Shown: positions 20,707-31,545, counted from the first letter of the stretch. The stretch: DNA of 64,000 nt from an uncultured Nitrososphaerota archaeon (GCA_963799845.1 CAWCYI010000004.1:576001-640000), one strand, 5' to 3'. Notes: generated by a model not told the origin, from the letters alone. Translations and numbers: made by a program.

Positions 20707-21462
20707 TTGAAAAATCAGCTAAAGGAGAAACTTTACAGCGGCAAGACTTCGTTTGGAACCTGGATTACGATAAGCAGTCCTGATGTCGCTGATACCCTGA
20801 AGCAGCTCCCGTTTGATTGGTTTGTTTTGGACACAGAGCACTCTTACTTCTCGACCGAATCTGCAAGAAACATAATGCTCACTTTACTTGACTCCAAGAT
20901 TGTCCCAATCGTCAGAGTAGGCGAGATAGATCAATATCTGATAAAGAGGGCGCTTGATATTGGAGGGTATGGAATTCTCGTCCCATTTGTAAATACTCGC
21001 GAGGAGGCCGAAAGAGTCGTGAATTTTAGCAAATATCCTCCAATGGGCTCGAGAGGTGCGGGTCCTGTTAGGGCAGCGGGATATGGAAACAACCTGAAAG
21101 ACTATGTAACAACGGCGAATGACGAATTGCTCGTAGGAATACAGATTGAGACCGCCGAGGCGCTCTCCAATGCAGAATCGATTTCGTCGACCACAGGTGT
21201 GGACATTGTTTTTGTTGGACCGAGCGATTTGACATTATCCTTGGGGCTCGTGACCGATCGTGGAAACCCAAAGGTAATGGAAGCGATGCAATCAGTCGTG
21301 AAGATTTGCGATCGTCTTGGAAAGATTCCGGGAACGCTTGCTGCTTCGCCAGAAGAAGCCAAAAAGTGGCAGAAGCTGGGTTTCAGGTTCATTGCGCTTG
21401 GCTCTGATTCGAAATACCTGTTTCAGGGTGCGAAGAATTTCTTGGAACAGACGCAAGCGTAA
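20707..21462 (+). CDS. HpcH/HpaI family aldolase
   Basis: LDTEHS, KRALDIG, YPP.G.RG, QIET and FVGPSDL motifs. Confidence 0.9.
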   Translation: MKNQLKEKLYSGKTSFGTWITISSPDVADTLKQLPFDWFVLDTEHSYFSTESARNIMLTLLDSKIVPIVRVGEIDQYLIKRALDIGGYGILVPFVNTREEAERVVNFSKYPPMGSRGAGPVRAAGYGNNLKDYVTTANDELLVGIQIETAEALSNAESISSTTGVDIVFVGPSDLTLSLGLVTDRGNPKVMEAMQSVVKICDRLGKIPGTLAASPEEAKKWQKLGFRFIALGSDSKYLFQGAKNFLEQTQA

Positions 21463-21766
21463 GAGACGGGATTCGGACACGAATTTACCAGTAACGAAAA
21501 CAATTCCCGAGTCCTGGAGTTAGGCTTTGCTACGGGTTACCAAAGCTGTGTCAGGTCCAAGCGTTACGATCAGCAAGATTGTCGTAGGCAGAAAAGTAAG
21601 CAGTTGAATCAAAAATTCTTAGTCGCTCGGTCAAGATTCGGGCTTTTGTTCACAATCTCCTCGCGAAGCAGCGGGAGATTTCCAGTTAGACTATTGATGC
21701 TCTTTTTCGGTCCGAGATTAGTCTACTTTTGCGTTTGAAAACTTACTTGGCCTTAAGCCTAGACAC

Positions 21767-22000
21767 TCACGAACCAGATGAGGAAGGAGTTGACGAAGCA
21801 GGAGCCGGATTTTTCTTGAGCTCCTCATCAAGCCGCCGCGTCTGAATGATGGAATTACCCCAAGCATAAAACAGACCAGCAATGAATAGGGCAATAATTA
21901 CTCCCCCCGTGTAATATTGGATCGACGGAGTTTCCACAAACGCGATTATCAGTGCGAAGGAACCCAGTAGAAAAAGAATCATCGCGCCTGCAGTATTCAA
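21767..22000 (-). CDS. small 2-TM membrane protein
   Basis: Two hydrophobic helices and a polar tail. Confidence 0.55.
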   Translation of the reverse strand: MNTAGAMILFLLGSFALIIAFVETPSIQYYTGGVIIALFIAGLFYAWGNSIIQTRRLDEELKKNPAPASSTPSSSGS

Positions 22001-22063
22001 CTTGGAACACGTTAAGTTCCAGAGTGTTCTTTTTTATGGCTTGTGCCGTTGTTTTTCGGAATT

Positions 22064-22741
22064 TTATTCTAGCTGGAGTTTGACGTAACGCCTGTTGAGG
22101 TAGAGCAGAGGTTGTTTTTCCTCAGCACTGACGTCGATCGCTTCTCCCATGAAAATCGTGTGATCGCCGCCCGGAATAACTTCTACAATTTTGCAATCGA
22201 CATATCCTATCGTGCCACGAATAATTGGGCTTCCACCCTTTCCAGTGTAGAAATCAAGATTCTGAAAGCGACCGGCTTCCCCCGCAAGAGAGAATTTTTC
22301 CGCAATCTCTGTCTGATCCTCGGCAAGGATGTTGACGCAGTATCTCATCGACTTTGTAAGAAGGTTTGTCGCGGAACTTTCGTTCCTGATGCAGATTAAG
22401 ACGAGGGGCGGTTCGAGGGAAACCGACGAAAAAGCAGAAACCGTCAAGCCAAAAAGTTCCCCCGAGTCAAGCGCCCCCGTGACCACAGTGACCGCGCTCG
22501 CAAAATATCGCATAACCTTTCTGATGTCTACAGCCTGCGGCGGCTTTGAGGCCGCGCCCGAGAGCACTTTGCCATCGCTTGTATTGATGGGATCTTCCGA
22601 AGTTTCCGGCATTTTCATTTGTACCACAAGTTGATTCCGAATTGCGAATTGAAGCGAGACGCGACTCTTCGTCAATTGAATTTTTCGTTTCATTCCAAAT
22701 ATGTATTTGGATTGTCCCCGGTATGTCTCAAAAGACACCAA
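22064..22741 (-). CDS. flavin reductase (HpaC-like)
   Basis: FASAVTVVT, GLTVSAFSSVSLEPPLVL, GGDHTIF.G and PLLY motifs. True start is probably near 22612. Confidence 0.88.
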   Translation of the reverse strand: MVSFETYRGQSKYIFGMKRKIQLTKSRVSLQFAIRNQLVVQMKMPETSEDPINTSDGKVLSGAASKPPQAVDIRKVMRYFASAVTVVTGALDSGELFGLTVSAFSSVSLEPPLVLICIRNESSATNLLTKSMRYCVNILAEDQTEIAEKFSLAGEAGRFQNLDFYTGKGGSPIIRGTIGYVDCKIVEVIPGGDHTIFMGEAIDVSAEEKQPLLYLNRRYVKLQLE

Positions 22742-22865
22742 AGACCAATATGATTGCGAAGGCGATTACAAATACAGCAATTACGACGGCGACCCATATC
22801 TTGTCGGTAAGCTTTAGCCTAGTTCCGTCCTTTCCTGTTTTGCGATCATTGTCATCGGGAGACAC
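22728..22865 (-). CDS. 45-aa single-TM microprotein (not in ORF track)
   Basis: GTG start; translates to MSPDDNDRKTGKDGTRLKLTDKIWVAVVIAVFVIAFAIILVFGVF. Confidence 0.5.
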   Translation of the reverse strand: MSPDDNDRKTGKDGTRLKLTDKIWVAVVIAVFVIAFAIILVFGVF

Positions 22866-22992
22866 CAAACTTTGTCATCCATTGTGCATATCCAATTTCC
22901 TTTGACTCCTTTTTATGTTTGCAGATAAACGAGACCACAATTCTATGGCACTCTAACCACCTTACGCGCCCTAACCCATCCTGCCAGAATAG

Positions 22993-24091
22993 CTAGTGCC
23001 GTGTCCATAAAGGTCGTCTGTGTTTTCTGCGACCATCTCTCCTCTGAGTGTCTCTGAACATTTTGCCTCTTGCCTTCCTTTCCGAGTTTCTGTAGCTCAC
23101 CGCATCAAGGAATGCTCTTCTAACTTCATCCCAGCTCCTGTAATCTGTTCCGCTCATTGCAAGCTTCTGGATATCGCCAGTGTGGCACTCGACAGGATTC
23201 ATCCAGCTTGCATTCGTGGCAGTGGGAACGAGTGCTGTATTGGTGGAATGAGCCCATCTTCGAATGTCAGCAGTCCAGTGAGCTGGGAGACCGTCCTGTA
23301 TCATGTACACCCTTTCGCCATCAGGATAATTCGATCTTTGATTCTTCAGAAACTCTAGCCATGGCTCTCCTCCCTTGTGATCATACTGCTTGATAGCGAG
23401 CTGTTGGTGGTAGACGTTGAGGCAGACGTACTCGAATCTCACACCTCCAAACTTGTTGTATGTTGCAGGAATCCTTTTCGGATTTGTCTCCTCAAACCAT
23501 CCTCTTCCTCCGTGAGGAACGAGATTGAATGGACCCATCTCATCTAGGCTAAGTACCACGGGAGGATTCGATTTCTTTCGCGTCAATCGCTCTATGCGAA
23601 TTTTCTTTTTCTCAAATTCAGGATCTTTTGATTCCTTCCATGTCTTCACGCTCTGAAATGATATTTCTGACTCATCCAGTATTATTCGAAGCCACTCCTT
23701 GCTAATCGAATCGACAATTCCTCTCTTCTCAGCTTCACTTTTCAGACGACGCAGAGCTCCACTGCTGGAAAGGTAATCCGAGATTCTTCGGTTGGCTTGT
23801 TGCAAGAGAGACGAGCTTTGTCTTCTGTTCGGGAGTGAATTTCCTGTTTCCTCCAGGCTTCCAATGAGGCTTGAGCATCTCCAGCCCTTCCTCATTGAAA
23901 GATTTGATCAACGACCTAACATAATCCTGACTCATCATCACAATCTCTCCTATCTTTGGAGGAGTGAATCCCTGAGCGCTAGAAAGTACGACCTGAGCTC
24001 TTCTCATCTCTATTGGATCCTTGCCGTAACGTACTATCTGTCTGAGCTTGTTCCCCTCCTCATTCGTTATGCTGCGAACATGGACTACCAT
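22993..24091 (-). CDS. IS630 transposase (HTH + DDE), +1 frameshift near 23757
   Basis: RRAQVVL, WS(L)RRL, SLDE, IQDG...H and ASWMNPVE motifs. The stop codon lies in the terminal CTAG. Confidence 0.88.
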
Positions 24092-24167
24092 GTTGCAGGA
24101 CGAGCACAAGGCGTGGCCTTAAAGCTTCATATAAAAATTAGAACAACCTATCTGGCCACGGCACTAG
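22993..24167 (-). mobile_element. IS630-family insertion sequence (~1.17 kb)
   Basis: Terminal inverted repeats CTAGTGCCGTGTCCATAAAGGTCGT vs CTAGTGCCGTGGCCAGATAGGTTGT (21/25 identical), CTAG at both ends, and an IS630 transposase inside. Confidence 0.92.
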
Positions 24168-24494
24168 CATCATCTGTTGTTGTGATTTAGGATGCTCATG
24201 TTAGAAGCCGCGAAAGAGTACTTATCTTGAAAATTATGTAACGTAGTTGAGAAAAAAAGGCCGTTAAAGGGTTGTTTCATATATCGGGGACAGTCCTTAA
24301 ATAAGCGCTAGTTTTGGCGCATAGCTATTCTAAAGGATGTAGCAGTCTTGTCGAATTTTCATTGCGCTACAGGAATCGTGGTTCAGTGAACATGGTCGCC
24401 CTAATAGTGCGTTATCGGCTATGAGATACAGGCATTAGAAACATGTGAGAACTTCGAACACTTTAGTGATCATAAAGGGGAATCGACGAGCAAA

Positions 24495-26060
24495 ATGAGT
24501 AAGCAAATCATTCTCATCACCGTTGCGGTATTATTGGCAATAATGATAGGCATAACCAGTCTTAATTCAGGCGTTCAGGCATTCGAGCAACAAATAATAG
24601 ATCAGCCAATTAGTGCTTCTAATCCTGCGACTCCAATCCAGCACATCATCTTTGTCATAAATGAAAATCATGCCTTCGATAATATGTTTGGAACGTTCCC
24701 TGGCCTCCCACCTCCCCCGGACAGTCTATATCTTGCTACTTGTATGCCGTACAAGACTAGCGAAACAACTCCCTGTCAGAAACCCTACAATGCTGACAAC
24801 AATGCAACAATCCAAGAAACTGACCAATGTCATACTTCCGAATGTGCTGTTCCCGCTTACGATAATGGACTAATGAATGGCTTCTATCAGGAAGATGGAA
24901 ACCGCACAATGGCATACTATGACGGAAGTGGATTGCCCCAAGTCTGGGATTTAGCATCGTACTTTGATTTGAACTATAATTTCTTTTCGAGCGCAATGTC
25001 CTATTCAGAACCCAATCACCTTTACGCTGTCGCCGCATACTCTCCAAAGACTGAGGATGTAGATAGCATTGCTCCTCTTAATCTGACCTATCCTGAAATC
25101 GGAACCGCGATGACAAATGCTGGTGTGACTTGGGGATACTTCCAGTACAATTGGAATGACTCGAAAGACTGCACTGGAAACTATAATTCACAGTCCCGAC
25201 TTTTCACTGCGGGAGGTAGTGACGGCTACTGGGAAGGGGAAGTGCAATTTAGAGCAGTTCAAAATACTGCCGTGGAATGCTCTTCACTTGGAAATATCAA
25301 AGACTTTGAGAATGGACTTGCGACCAATACACTTCCACAAGTAAGTTTTGTCATACCTGAGCCCTCCGAAAGCGGTCATCCAGGGCAAGGTACTTGGCAA
25401 GCAAACCAACAATTCATTACTTCCGTAATAAATGACATAGAGCAGAGCAGTATTTGGCCCCATTCCGTTACCTATGTAACTTGGGATGACTATGGTGGAT
25501 ATTATGATGGGGTCGTGCCTGTTCAACTGGATGAATTTGGTGACGGTTTTCGTGTTCCTCTGATAGCGATCAGTCCTTATACTATTCAGGGGTTGATTGG
25601 AGGATGCTCTGGGTCACAGACAATCGATTGTGCTCCCGTATACTCCTATGTCAATAGCTACACGAACGCTCATGGCACGACCAATCAAACTGACTTTAGT
25701 GCATTCTTGTCAACAATCGAATACAACTGGGGAGTCAAACCGGTCGCTGTGAGAGATGCTGAAGAACCCAATCTCTTTTACATGCTGAACTTCACACAAG
25801 CTCCTCTCGCTCCATTATACTTTAACTCCAATTATGCACTAGCAGCATACCCTCTACCTACTTGTGAATCTAATGGCGGATGCCAGATCGGCACTCCGTT
25901 TGCTGCCGATCCTCTAATTCTTGCGCCACACTCTGCCTTTGTAAGCGTGGGTTCGGGCGGAACTAGAATATATTCTGTCTATAATGCAGCGACTCCATCG
26001 TGGGCAGAGTCTAGCGCGCAATCAGCAGCCTACGCGGGAAACGGTGACCCCGACGACTAA
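24495..26060 (+). CDS. secreted phosphoesterase (phospholipase C/acid phosphatase AcpA family)
   Basis: Signal peptide; IQHIIFVINENHAFDNMFG, S.PNHLY, GHP, TWDDYGGYYD and GFRVPLIAISPY motifs. Confidence 0.88.
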   Translation: MSKQIILITVAVLLAIMIGITSLNSGVQAFEQQIIDQPISASNPATPIQHIIFVINENHAFDNMFGTFPGLPPPPDSLYLATCMPYKTSETTPCQKPYNADNNATIQETDQCHTSECAVPAYDNGLMNGFYQEDGNRTMAYYDGSGLPQVWDLASYFDLNYNFFSSAMSYSEPNHLYAVAAYSPKTEDVDSIAPLNLTYPEIGTAMTNAGVTWGYFQYNWNDSKDCTGNYNSQSRLFTAGGSDGYWEGEVQFRAVQNTAVECSSLGNIKDFENGLATNTLPQVSFVIPEPSESGHPGQGTWQANQQFITSVINDIEQSSIWPHSVTYVTWDDYGGYYDGVVPVQLDEFGDGFRVPLIAISPYTIQGLIGGCSGSQTIDCAPVYSYVNSYTNAHGTTNQTDFSAFLSTIEYNWGVKPVAVRDAEEPNLFYMLNFTQAPLAPLYFNSNYALAAYPLPTCESNGGCQIGTPFAADPLILAPHSAFVSVGSGGTRIYSVYNAATPSWAESSAQSAAYAGNGDPDD

Positions 26061-26061
26061 A

Positions 26062-27291
26062 ATGAAATCAAAAGGCACCGTTGCAGTAATTGCCCTAATT
26101 ATAATTTCCGCTGCTACAATTATAACACTTCAAAACTATATGAGTGTGCATTCGTCCCGGTCATCATCACCTTCCCTCTCAATACTTATCTTTGCTCCGC
26201 AAACATATCCTGTTGTGGATAGTTCCTGCTTGGCCGCTTCTAATGCCTTAAACAACAATGCTTGCTTACTGTCTACGACATACGCGTCCGACCTGATTAT
26301 AGCTGAAATAGGAACGGGCAGTGGTGCGAGCGCCATTAGTTCTGTTTCTGACAAGGCAGGCTTGACGTGGTCCCTTTATGCCCACTACACTCGGACAGGT
26401 ACTAGTGCTAAATCTCTCTATGTGTACTATTCTTTTGCTTCTTCAGTTCTGAGTAGTGATAATGTTACAGTAAAGTTGACTGCTGCCGGACAAAATAATG
26501 GATTGGTAGTAATAGCAGTCAATAACTATAATCCCGCGAACCCTTTCGACCCCTTAACAAAGCCTGCAACTTCATCAGCGGCGGGGGCGACAAAAATTGG
26601 TGTATACCCTGTAAATACCGTATATTCCAACGAATTGGTATTGGGCATGTTTGCCATTTCATCTACCCCTACAGTATCGGCGGGAACAGGATTTACCGCA
26701 TTATCCCATTCGGGAAGTCCAACGGTATATGCCGAATGGCAGCAATTTTCTTCCCCCGCGAGCGATCTCAATGTTACCGCCTCCTTATCTGCATCTGAGA
26801 CATATTTGGGCACGGCATTTGGTGTTCTCTCTGCTCCCACTTCAACAACCAGTACTTCTAGCTCGCAAAGTACGAGTACGTCATCCTCTTCTACCACATC
26901 AAGTTCAACAAGCACGTCAACTTCAACATCATTGACCGTCACAAGCTCATCAACAGGCAATCTGTGTTTTGTAAATGGTTATGACAGCAACATCATCGTT
27001 ATGAACTCAATTTATTGGGAGTGCGGGGCAGCGCTGCAAGGCGGCCAATCAATAAAACAAAATATATTTCGTTCCTCAGAACTTTTTGGTTCTTTCAGCA
27101 TTACCGTAAATGCATCTCAGACAATTGCCGTGAAGATAGTTGAAAACGGACTCGTCGTCTTTTCTGAAACTGGAACGAGTATTAGTTATAGCGGGAGCGC
27201 AACACAGAACGAACCAATTTACATCACAGTCTCTAATTCTGAAAGGACCGCTACAACTTATAGGCTTGGAATTGATTGGACAGAGGTATGA
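26062..27291 (+). CDS. secreted/surface protein with Ser/Thr-rich linker
   Basis: ATG at 26062, N-terminal hydrophobic segment, beta-rich domain, poly-S/T linker and small C-terminal domain. Confidence 0.7.
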   Translation: MKSKGTVAVIALIIISAATIITLQNYMSVHSSRSSSPSLSILIFAPQTYPVVDSSCLAASNALNNNACLLSTTYASDLIIAEIGTGSGASAISSVSDKAGLTWSLYAHYTRTGTSAKSLYVYYSFASSVLSSDNVTVKLTAAGQNNGLVVIAVNNYNPANPFDPLTKPATSSAAGATKIGVYPVNTVYSNELVLGMFAISSTPTVSAGTGFTALSHSGSPTVYAEWQQFSSPASDLNVTASLSASETYLGTAFGVLSAPTSTTSTSSSQSTSTSSSSTTSSSTSTSTSTSLTVTSSSTGNLCFVNGYDSNIIVMNSIYWECGAALQGGQSIKQNIFRSSELFGSFSITVNASQTIAVKIVENGLVVFSETGTSISYSGSATQNEPIYITVSNSERTATTYRLGIDWTEV

Positions 27292-27395
27292 TCCTATTCA
27301 AGCAATCCTGCAACCTCCACAAGATTATTCGAATCCAATGGGTTGACTATTCCTCTTCGGATTAGGTAACGAATCAACCGGATAGCGCAGAGACA

Positions 27396-27755
27396 TTGCA
27401 GAAAAAGGAAAAAGATAGGCTTCTCTCGCCCCCACCCAAGGAACGAGGACTGAGAAGGACCGGATTCACCGTTGCTGGATATCCCTTCGCATTTTTCGGA
27501 GTGCCTATCTTAATTCATGCAAAGAGAGTTGATCTTGTTGGAGAAAAATGGAGAGAGACGGATATCGATTGCGGAGGCCTTCTGAAACTCGCGAAACTGT
27601 GGGTAAACGACTTGCCCGGCGGGTACGAAGTTGTCCTCGGGCTACAATGCCAAGACTGCAAATACTCCGACTCCATCCGGATTCCGTATACCGGCCACAA
27701 ACAGCTATTCAACAGCACATCAAACCGAACTTGGTCACTGAAAGACAGGCCGTAG
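27396..27755 (+). CDS. hypothetical protein with CxxC motif
   Basis: 119-aa ORF with CQDC and one further Cys; possibly a zinc ribbon. Confidence 0.5.
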   Translation: MQKKEKDRLLSPPPKERGLRRTGFTVAGYPFAFFGVPILIHAKRVDLVGEKWRETDIDCGGLLKLAKLWVNDLPGGYEVVLGLQCQDCKYSDSIRIPYTGHKQLFNSTSNRTWSLKDRP

Positions 27756-27763
27756 CAGAATGC

Positions 27764-28276
27764 TCACTTTATGAAATTAATCAGATCGACTTCCAACCGG
27801 GCGGAAACGAGGAGTGTTGCCACCACGAATAGAATTGAGCACACCAGCCACTTCCACTCCCTGGATCGGAAATCTCGGTTCTTGAAGGAAATTATGATCG
27901 CCAGACTTTCTTCCACGGCCAGCGAGTAACAGGTGAACTCGATCCAAAAGATCGGAGTGAGGAGCAGTACCAGGAAGAGTTCGAATCCACCTATCCCCAC
28001 CGTCGAATTGGACTGGGCAAGCGCCGCGAGTGCGAGACCGGTGTCGTACGAGCTGTATGCGCCGAAAGCCGGACCAAATCCTGGCACAAACTCGAGCAGT
28101 GCTATCTGAACATTATTCTGGAATATTCCGACCACTGTGGCATTTATCCCCTCGACCCCCTGGCTCAGAGATTGCGCCTCCGACTGGCTCAGCTCGAAGG
28201 AAGAAGAATAGGCTAGAATCGAAGTGAGGATTATGAACACAATTATGAAGATGATCACTCGGGTGTTGGTCTTCAC
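27764..28276 (-). CDS. SpoIIM/DUF95-like membrane protein
   Basis: IFQNN..IALL.FVPG.GP, P...IEF..Y and LLVSA.LE motifs. Confidence 0.75.
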   Translation of the reverse strand: MKTNTRVIIFIIVFIILTSILAYSSSFELSQSEAQSLSQGVEGINATVVGIFQNNVQIALLEFVPGFGPAFGAYSSYDTGLALAALAQSNSTVGIGGFELFLVLLLTPIFWIEFTCYSLAVEESLAIIISFKNRDFRSREWKWLVCSILFVVATLLVSARLEVDLINFIK

Positions 28277-28311
28277 GAGGTATCAAATCTCACTGCGATT
28301 GGATACTGAGA

Positions 28312-28530
28312 TTACTGCTGGTTTTGATTCTTATCCTTGGCTGGCTTGCCCTTGCTATTTGCTGTGTTTTGATTATCTTGTTGCCCGGACCTTCTGAGCG
28401 CGCCCATCAAGTACAAGCCCCCGAAAAGAGCGGCGATGGCAATAAACAGATAATCAGGATTGCCCGTTCTGTAGGCGAGCCCTATCGCCACCAATCCGAT
28501 TAGCGAGAGTAAAAGTCTGGCGGGTTTCAA
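28312..28530 (-). CDS. small 2-TM membrane protein
   Basis: Two hydrophobic helices and a Q/N/K-rich tail. Confidence 0.55.
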   Translation of the reverse strand: MKPARLLLSLIGLVAIGLAYRTGNPDYLFIAIAALFGGLYLMGALRRSGQQDNQNTANSKGKPAKDKNQNQQ

Positions 28531-28636
28531 GGATTTTTCCTCAATTCTTTCAGACGGTAATCTGAGAATAATAACATTGATCCTAGAAGACCGAGCGTAC
28601 TGTTCAGATTTAGCGAAAGTGGAAAAAGGAGAGGGA

Positions 28637-28672
28637 AAGAGAGTAGAGGAAAGGGAGACTCTCTACTCTCTT
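28637..28672 (-). terminator. 12-bp hairpin followed by a pyrimidine tract
   Basis: AAGAGAGTAGAG...CTCTACTCTCTT just downstream of the 28691 stop; C/T-rich tail on the minus strand. Confidence 0.55.
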
Positions 28673-28690
28673 ATGTGAAACTCTAGGTTA

Positions 28691-31394
28691 TCATCGCTTG
28701 TACTTTGGTGCGATTACGGCGATTATTTTCGTCCTGAGCTCTTCGCCGCCTGAGTGACTCTCCCTGATTGATCTGATGGAATCTGCCGAGCCGTTGTCGG
28801 AAAGGACGTCCATGAACCACTTTTCAAAATCACCATTTCGCAGGTGATTCTGCAGGATGTCGAGTGGGATTTGTTCCAAGTCCTGGACGAATTCTAGACC
28901 TGATCGCGCGCAAAAGCCGGTGTTCCTGAAGATAAAACCCATCGAATAGTCGACGACCTTCTGGGCGGGTGCGAATACTGTCGCGCCGGAATCTTCAGCG
29001 CTCTTGATGTCGGAAAGCTGTGACTGCATCTCTCTTATCTCCGGTTTTGCTTCTTCCACGATTGCGGGCGCCGCAACCGTTTCTATTGAAACCTGGACCA
29101 CTTCAGTCGCAGATGATTCCACAACTTGAACAGTTTCAGTTACAATTGTTGGAGCTACTTCGGCCACAATGGTTAGAGCTGATTCAGTCACGGCTGTAGG
29201 AGCTGTCTCAACTGCAACGGGTGCGATCGTTTCGGCTACAGACATCGGAGCAGTTTCAGTTACAATTGATGGTGACGTCTCGGTCACAACCGCGGTAGTT
29301 GGTTCAGTCACGACGGTCGGAACTGTTTCCACGACTGGCGTAACTGGTGATTCTGGCGACAGCGTCGATGGCGTCTCGACTGCGACATTTTCAACTAGGG
29401 GAACTGTCTCAGCTGGCGGAGTGACCTCAGCAGGGGCAACGACTTCCGCAGAAGTAGCAACCTCAACTGGAGGAGCACTGAGTTCTACCGGTGCCTCAAA
29501 TGATTGGACTACTGATGCTTCGACTGATGGTGACGACGACAGATCTACTTCTGGAGTTTCTACGACGGTCACAATTTCTGGAGCCTTCTCGATTGTCGGA
29601 GACGGCACGGCAGTGCCTTCAACCGAGGCAGCTTCGAGCGTCTGAGCTTGGCTGACAGTTTCAAATTGAACTTGGACCGTTTGTGGCTCGGGAACGGATG
29701 CTTCGACTGTAGCAGATTCTGGCACCGACTCTGTAAATGCTGGCGTTGTCTCCGCAACCGCTTCTGCAACTGGCGCCTGAACGGTTGGGGTCTCGACAGT
29801 TGGAGCTTGCGCAATGGTTTCCGCGACTGGTGCCTCTGGTGTTGGCGCTTCGTTCGAAACAGTTTCAACTGGAGAACTGGCGGCGTTCTCAACTGGAGCT
29901 GCTGCTGCAACCTGCTCCACAACGACTGCTTCGGGATGCGCTAATTCCACTTCAGCCTGAGGAAGGGTTTCCTGCGCAACGGTTGAAGCTTCGGTTACGA
30001 CCGAATCCAGAACCGGCGTTTCAGGTATTGCTGTGGGTACTGCCTCTACTGGAGCCTCGCTTGAAACTGCGATCGGGATTTCCGTCGCTGAAATTTCGGG
30101 GTTGGAATTATCTATCGGTGTGACAATCGACTGTACGATTGGTGAGGGTTCCGTCGTTGAGGCTTCAAGGGTCAACTGGATTTCTGATGACGCATCTGAA
30201 ATGGTGGGAGTACTTTCTGAGCTCGGCTGATCTTGAACCTGTTCTAGCTGGACAACTGATTGCTCAATTGCTATAGGCGCTTCCGTGTCGGCGACTTCTG
30301 GCAGTTCAGCATTGACAGTTGGGGCCAACTCGATCTGTGGTTCAACAACTGTTTGGACGGTCTCAATTTGAGGCTCAACAGCAGTCTGGGTAGTCTCAAC
30401 CTGAGCTGCAGTCTGGACGACTTCTAGTGCCTGTGGGGTCTCAACTGTTGCCACCTCAGCAACTTCGATCTTTGGAGCCTCTGTGATGAGTTCGGGAGTC
30501 ACAACTGGAAGCGAGTTCTCAGCGGCGATCTCTACCGCAGTAGCCTGGATCTCCTGAGCCTTCAGTGAGACGAGCGCCATCTGCGCGTTCAATTCATCAT
30601 AGAGTGCTTTCGGGACCGAATCAGACAGCCTGAATTCGAGTTCTTGTGCCTTGGACTCTGCGAGAGCTCAGCTCCTCGAGCGGCACGTAGCTCGAGAACT
30701 TTGCCTCAACTTCCTGGATCTTCGCTTCGCTCGCCAAGAACTGGTCGCGAGGAACTGAGTTGGCGAGGGCGTTCTGGATCTCCTCGAAGCTTTCCTTCGG
30801 GACATAATTTGAGAGTTGAGCTTGGAGAGATTCGTAGTCGGACTTTGGAACATAATTCGAAAACTGTGCTTGCAGTGTCTCGTATTCAGACTTTGGTACC
30901 ATCGTACCCAGCAGCTCTGTAAGCTCGGCAACCTTCTGCTGGATCGCCTCAAAATCACTCTTGGCTACGTACTGTGAAATCTTTTCCTCCAGCTCATGAG
31001 TCTTCGAGAGAGCTTCATTGTACATCGTCGCTGGGATGGTGTCCTGAGAGAGTTTTCCCACAAGAGATTCTATGGTCTTGTTCTGCGCATCAATAATCTG
31101 GCTCTGATTGGAAGCAGTCTGCGCCTGTGAATCAAGCATCTCTTTCTGGGCAGCGATCTGGGCGCCGAGGGCGTTGATCGTCTCCGTGATTCCCTTGGTC
31201 CTCTGGAGCTCGTCTCTAATTCTGTTGACCTCTCCATCCAGCTCATCGATGGTCGTCTGCATCTTTGCGACGACCTCTTCATGATCCTTTTTGGGGATCG
31301 ATTGCTGAAGCTGGGCTTCCATGGCTCTGCACGTAAGTACAAGTCTTCTAACTTCGCTCGTTATTTCTTCGGCTCTGCTCAAACTACCACTCAC
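28691..31394 (-). CDS. ~900-aa protein: coiled coil, VPK repeats, acidic low-complexity region and DUF5752-like C-terminal domain (frameshift near 30668)
   Basis: Shifting frame restores ...AESKAQELEFRLSDSVPKALYDELNAQM, which continues the repeat. C-terminal F.F...ARS..EF...H...GDFEKW motif. Confidence 0.7.
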
Positions 31395-31545
31395 ACACTC
31401 TCTTGTGTTGTAATGCGTGTGAGAGAAACTCCGTGCGTTATCTAATGGGCAAGGTCAACATATCTTAACCAAAAACTCTAGTAAATCGAAATTATCTGCG
31501 GTTTTGATGACATCGGTACAAATCGCCTAAATGGCAAGAAATGAT

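Noticed and set aside
23735-23895. Programmed -1 frameshift in the IS630 transposase
   Set aside because: There is no slippery A-run at the junction. The repair needs removal of one base at an AGCT, like the other indels.
29169-30230. Plus-strand and alternative-frame ORFs over the low-complexity gene
   Set aside because: Antisense shadows produced by repetitive codon usage.
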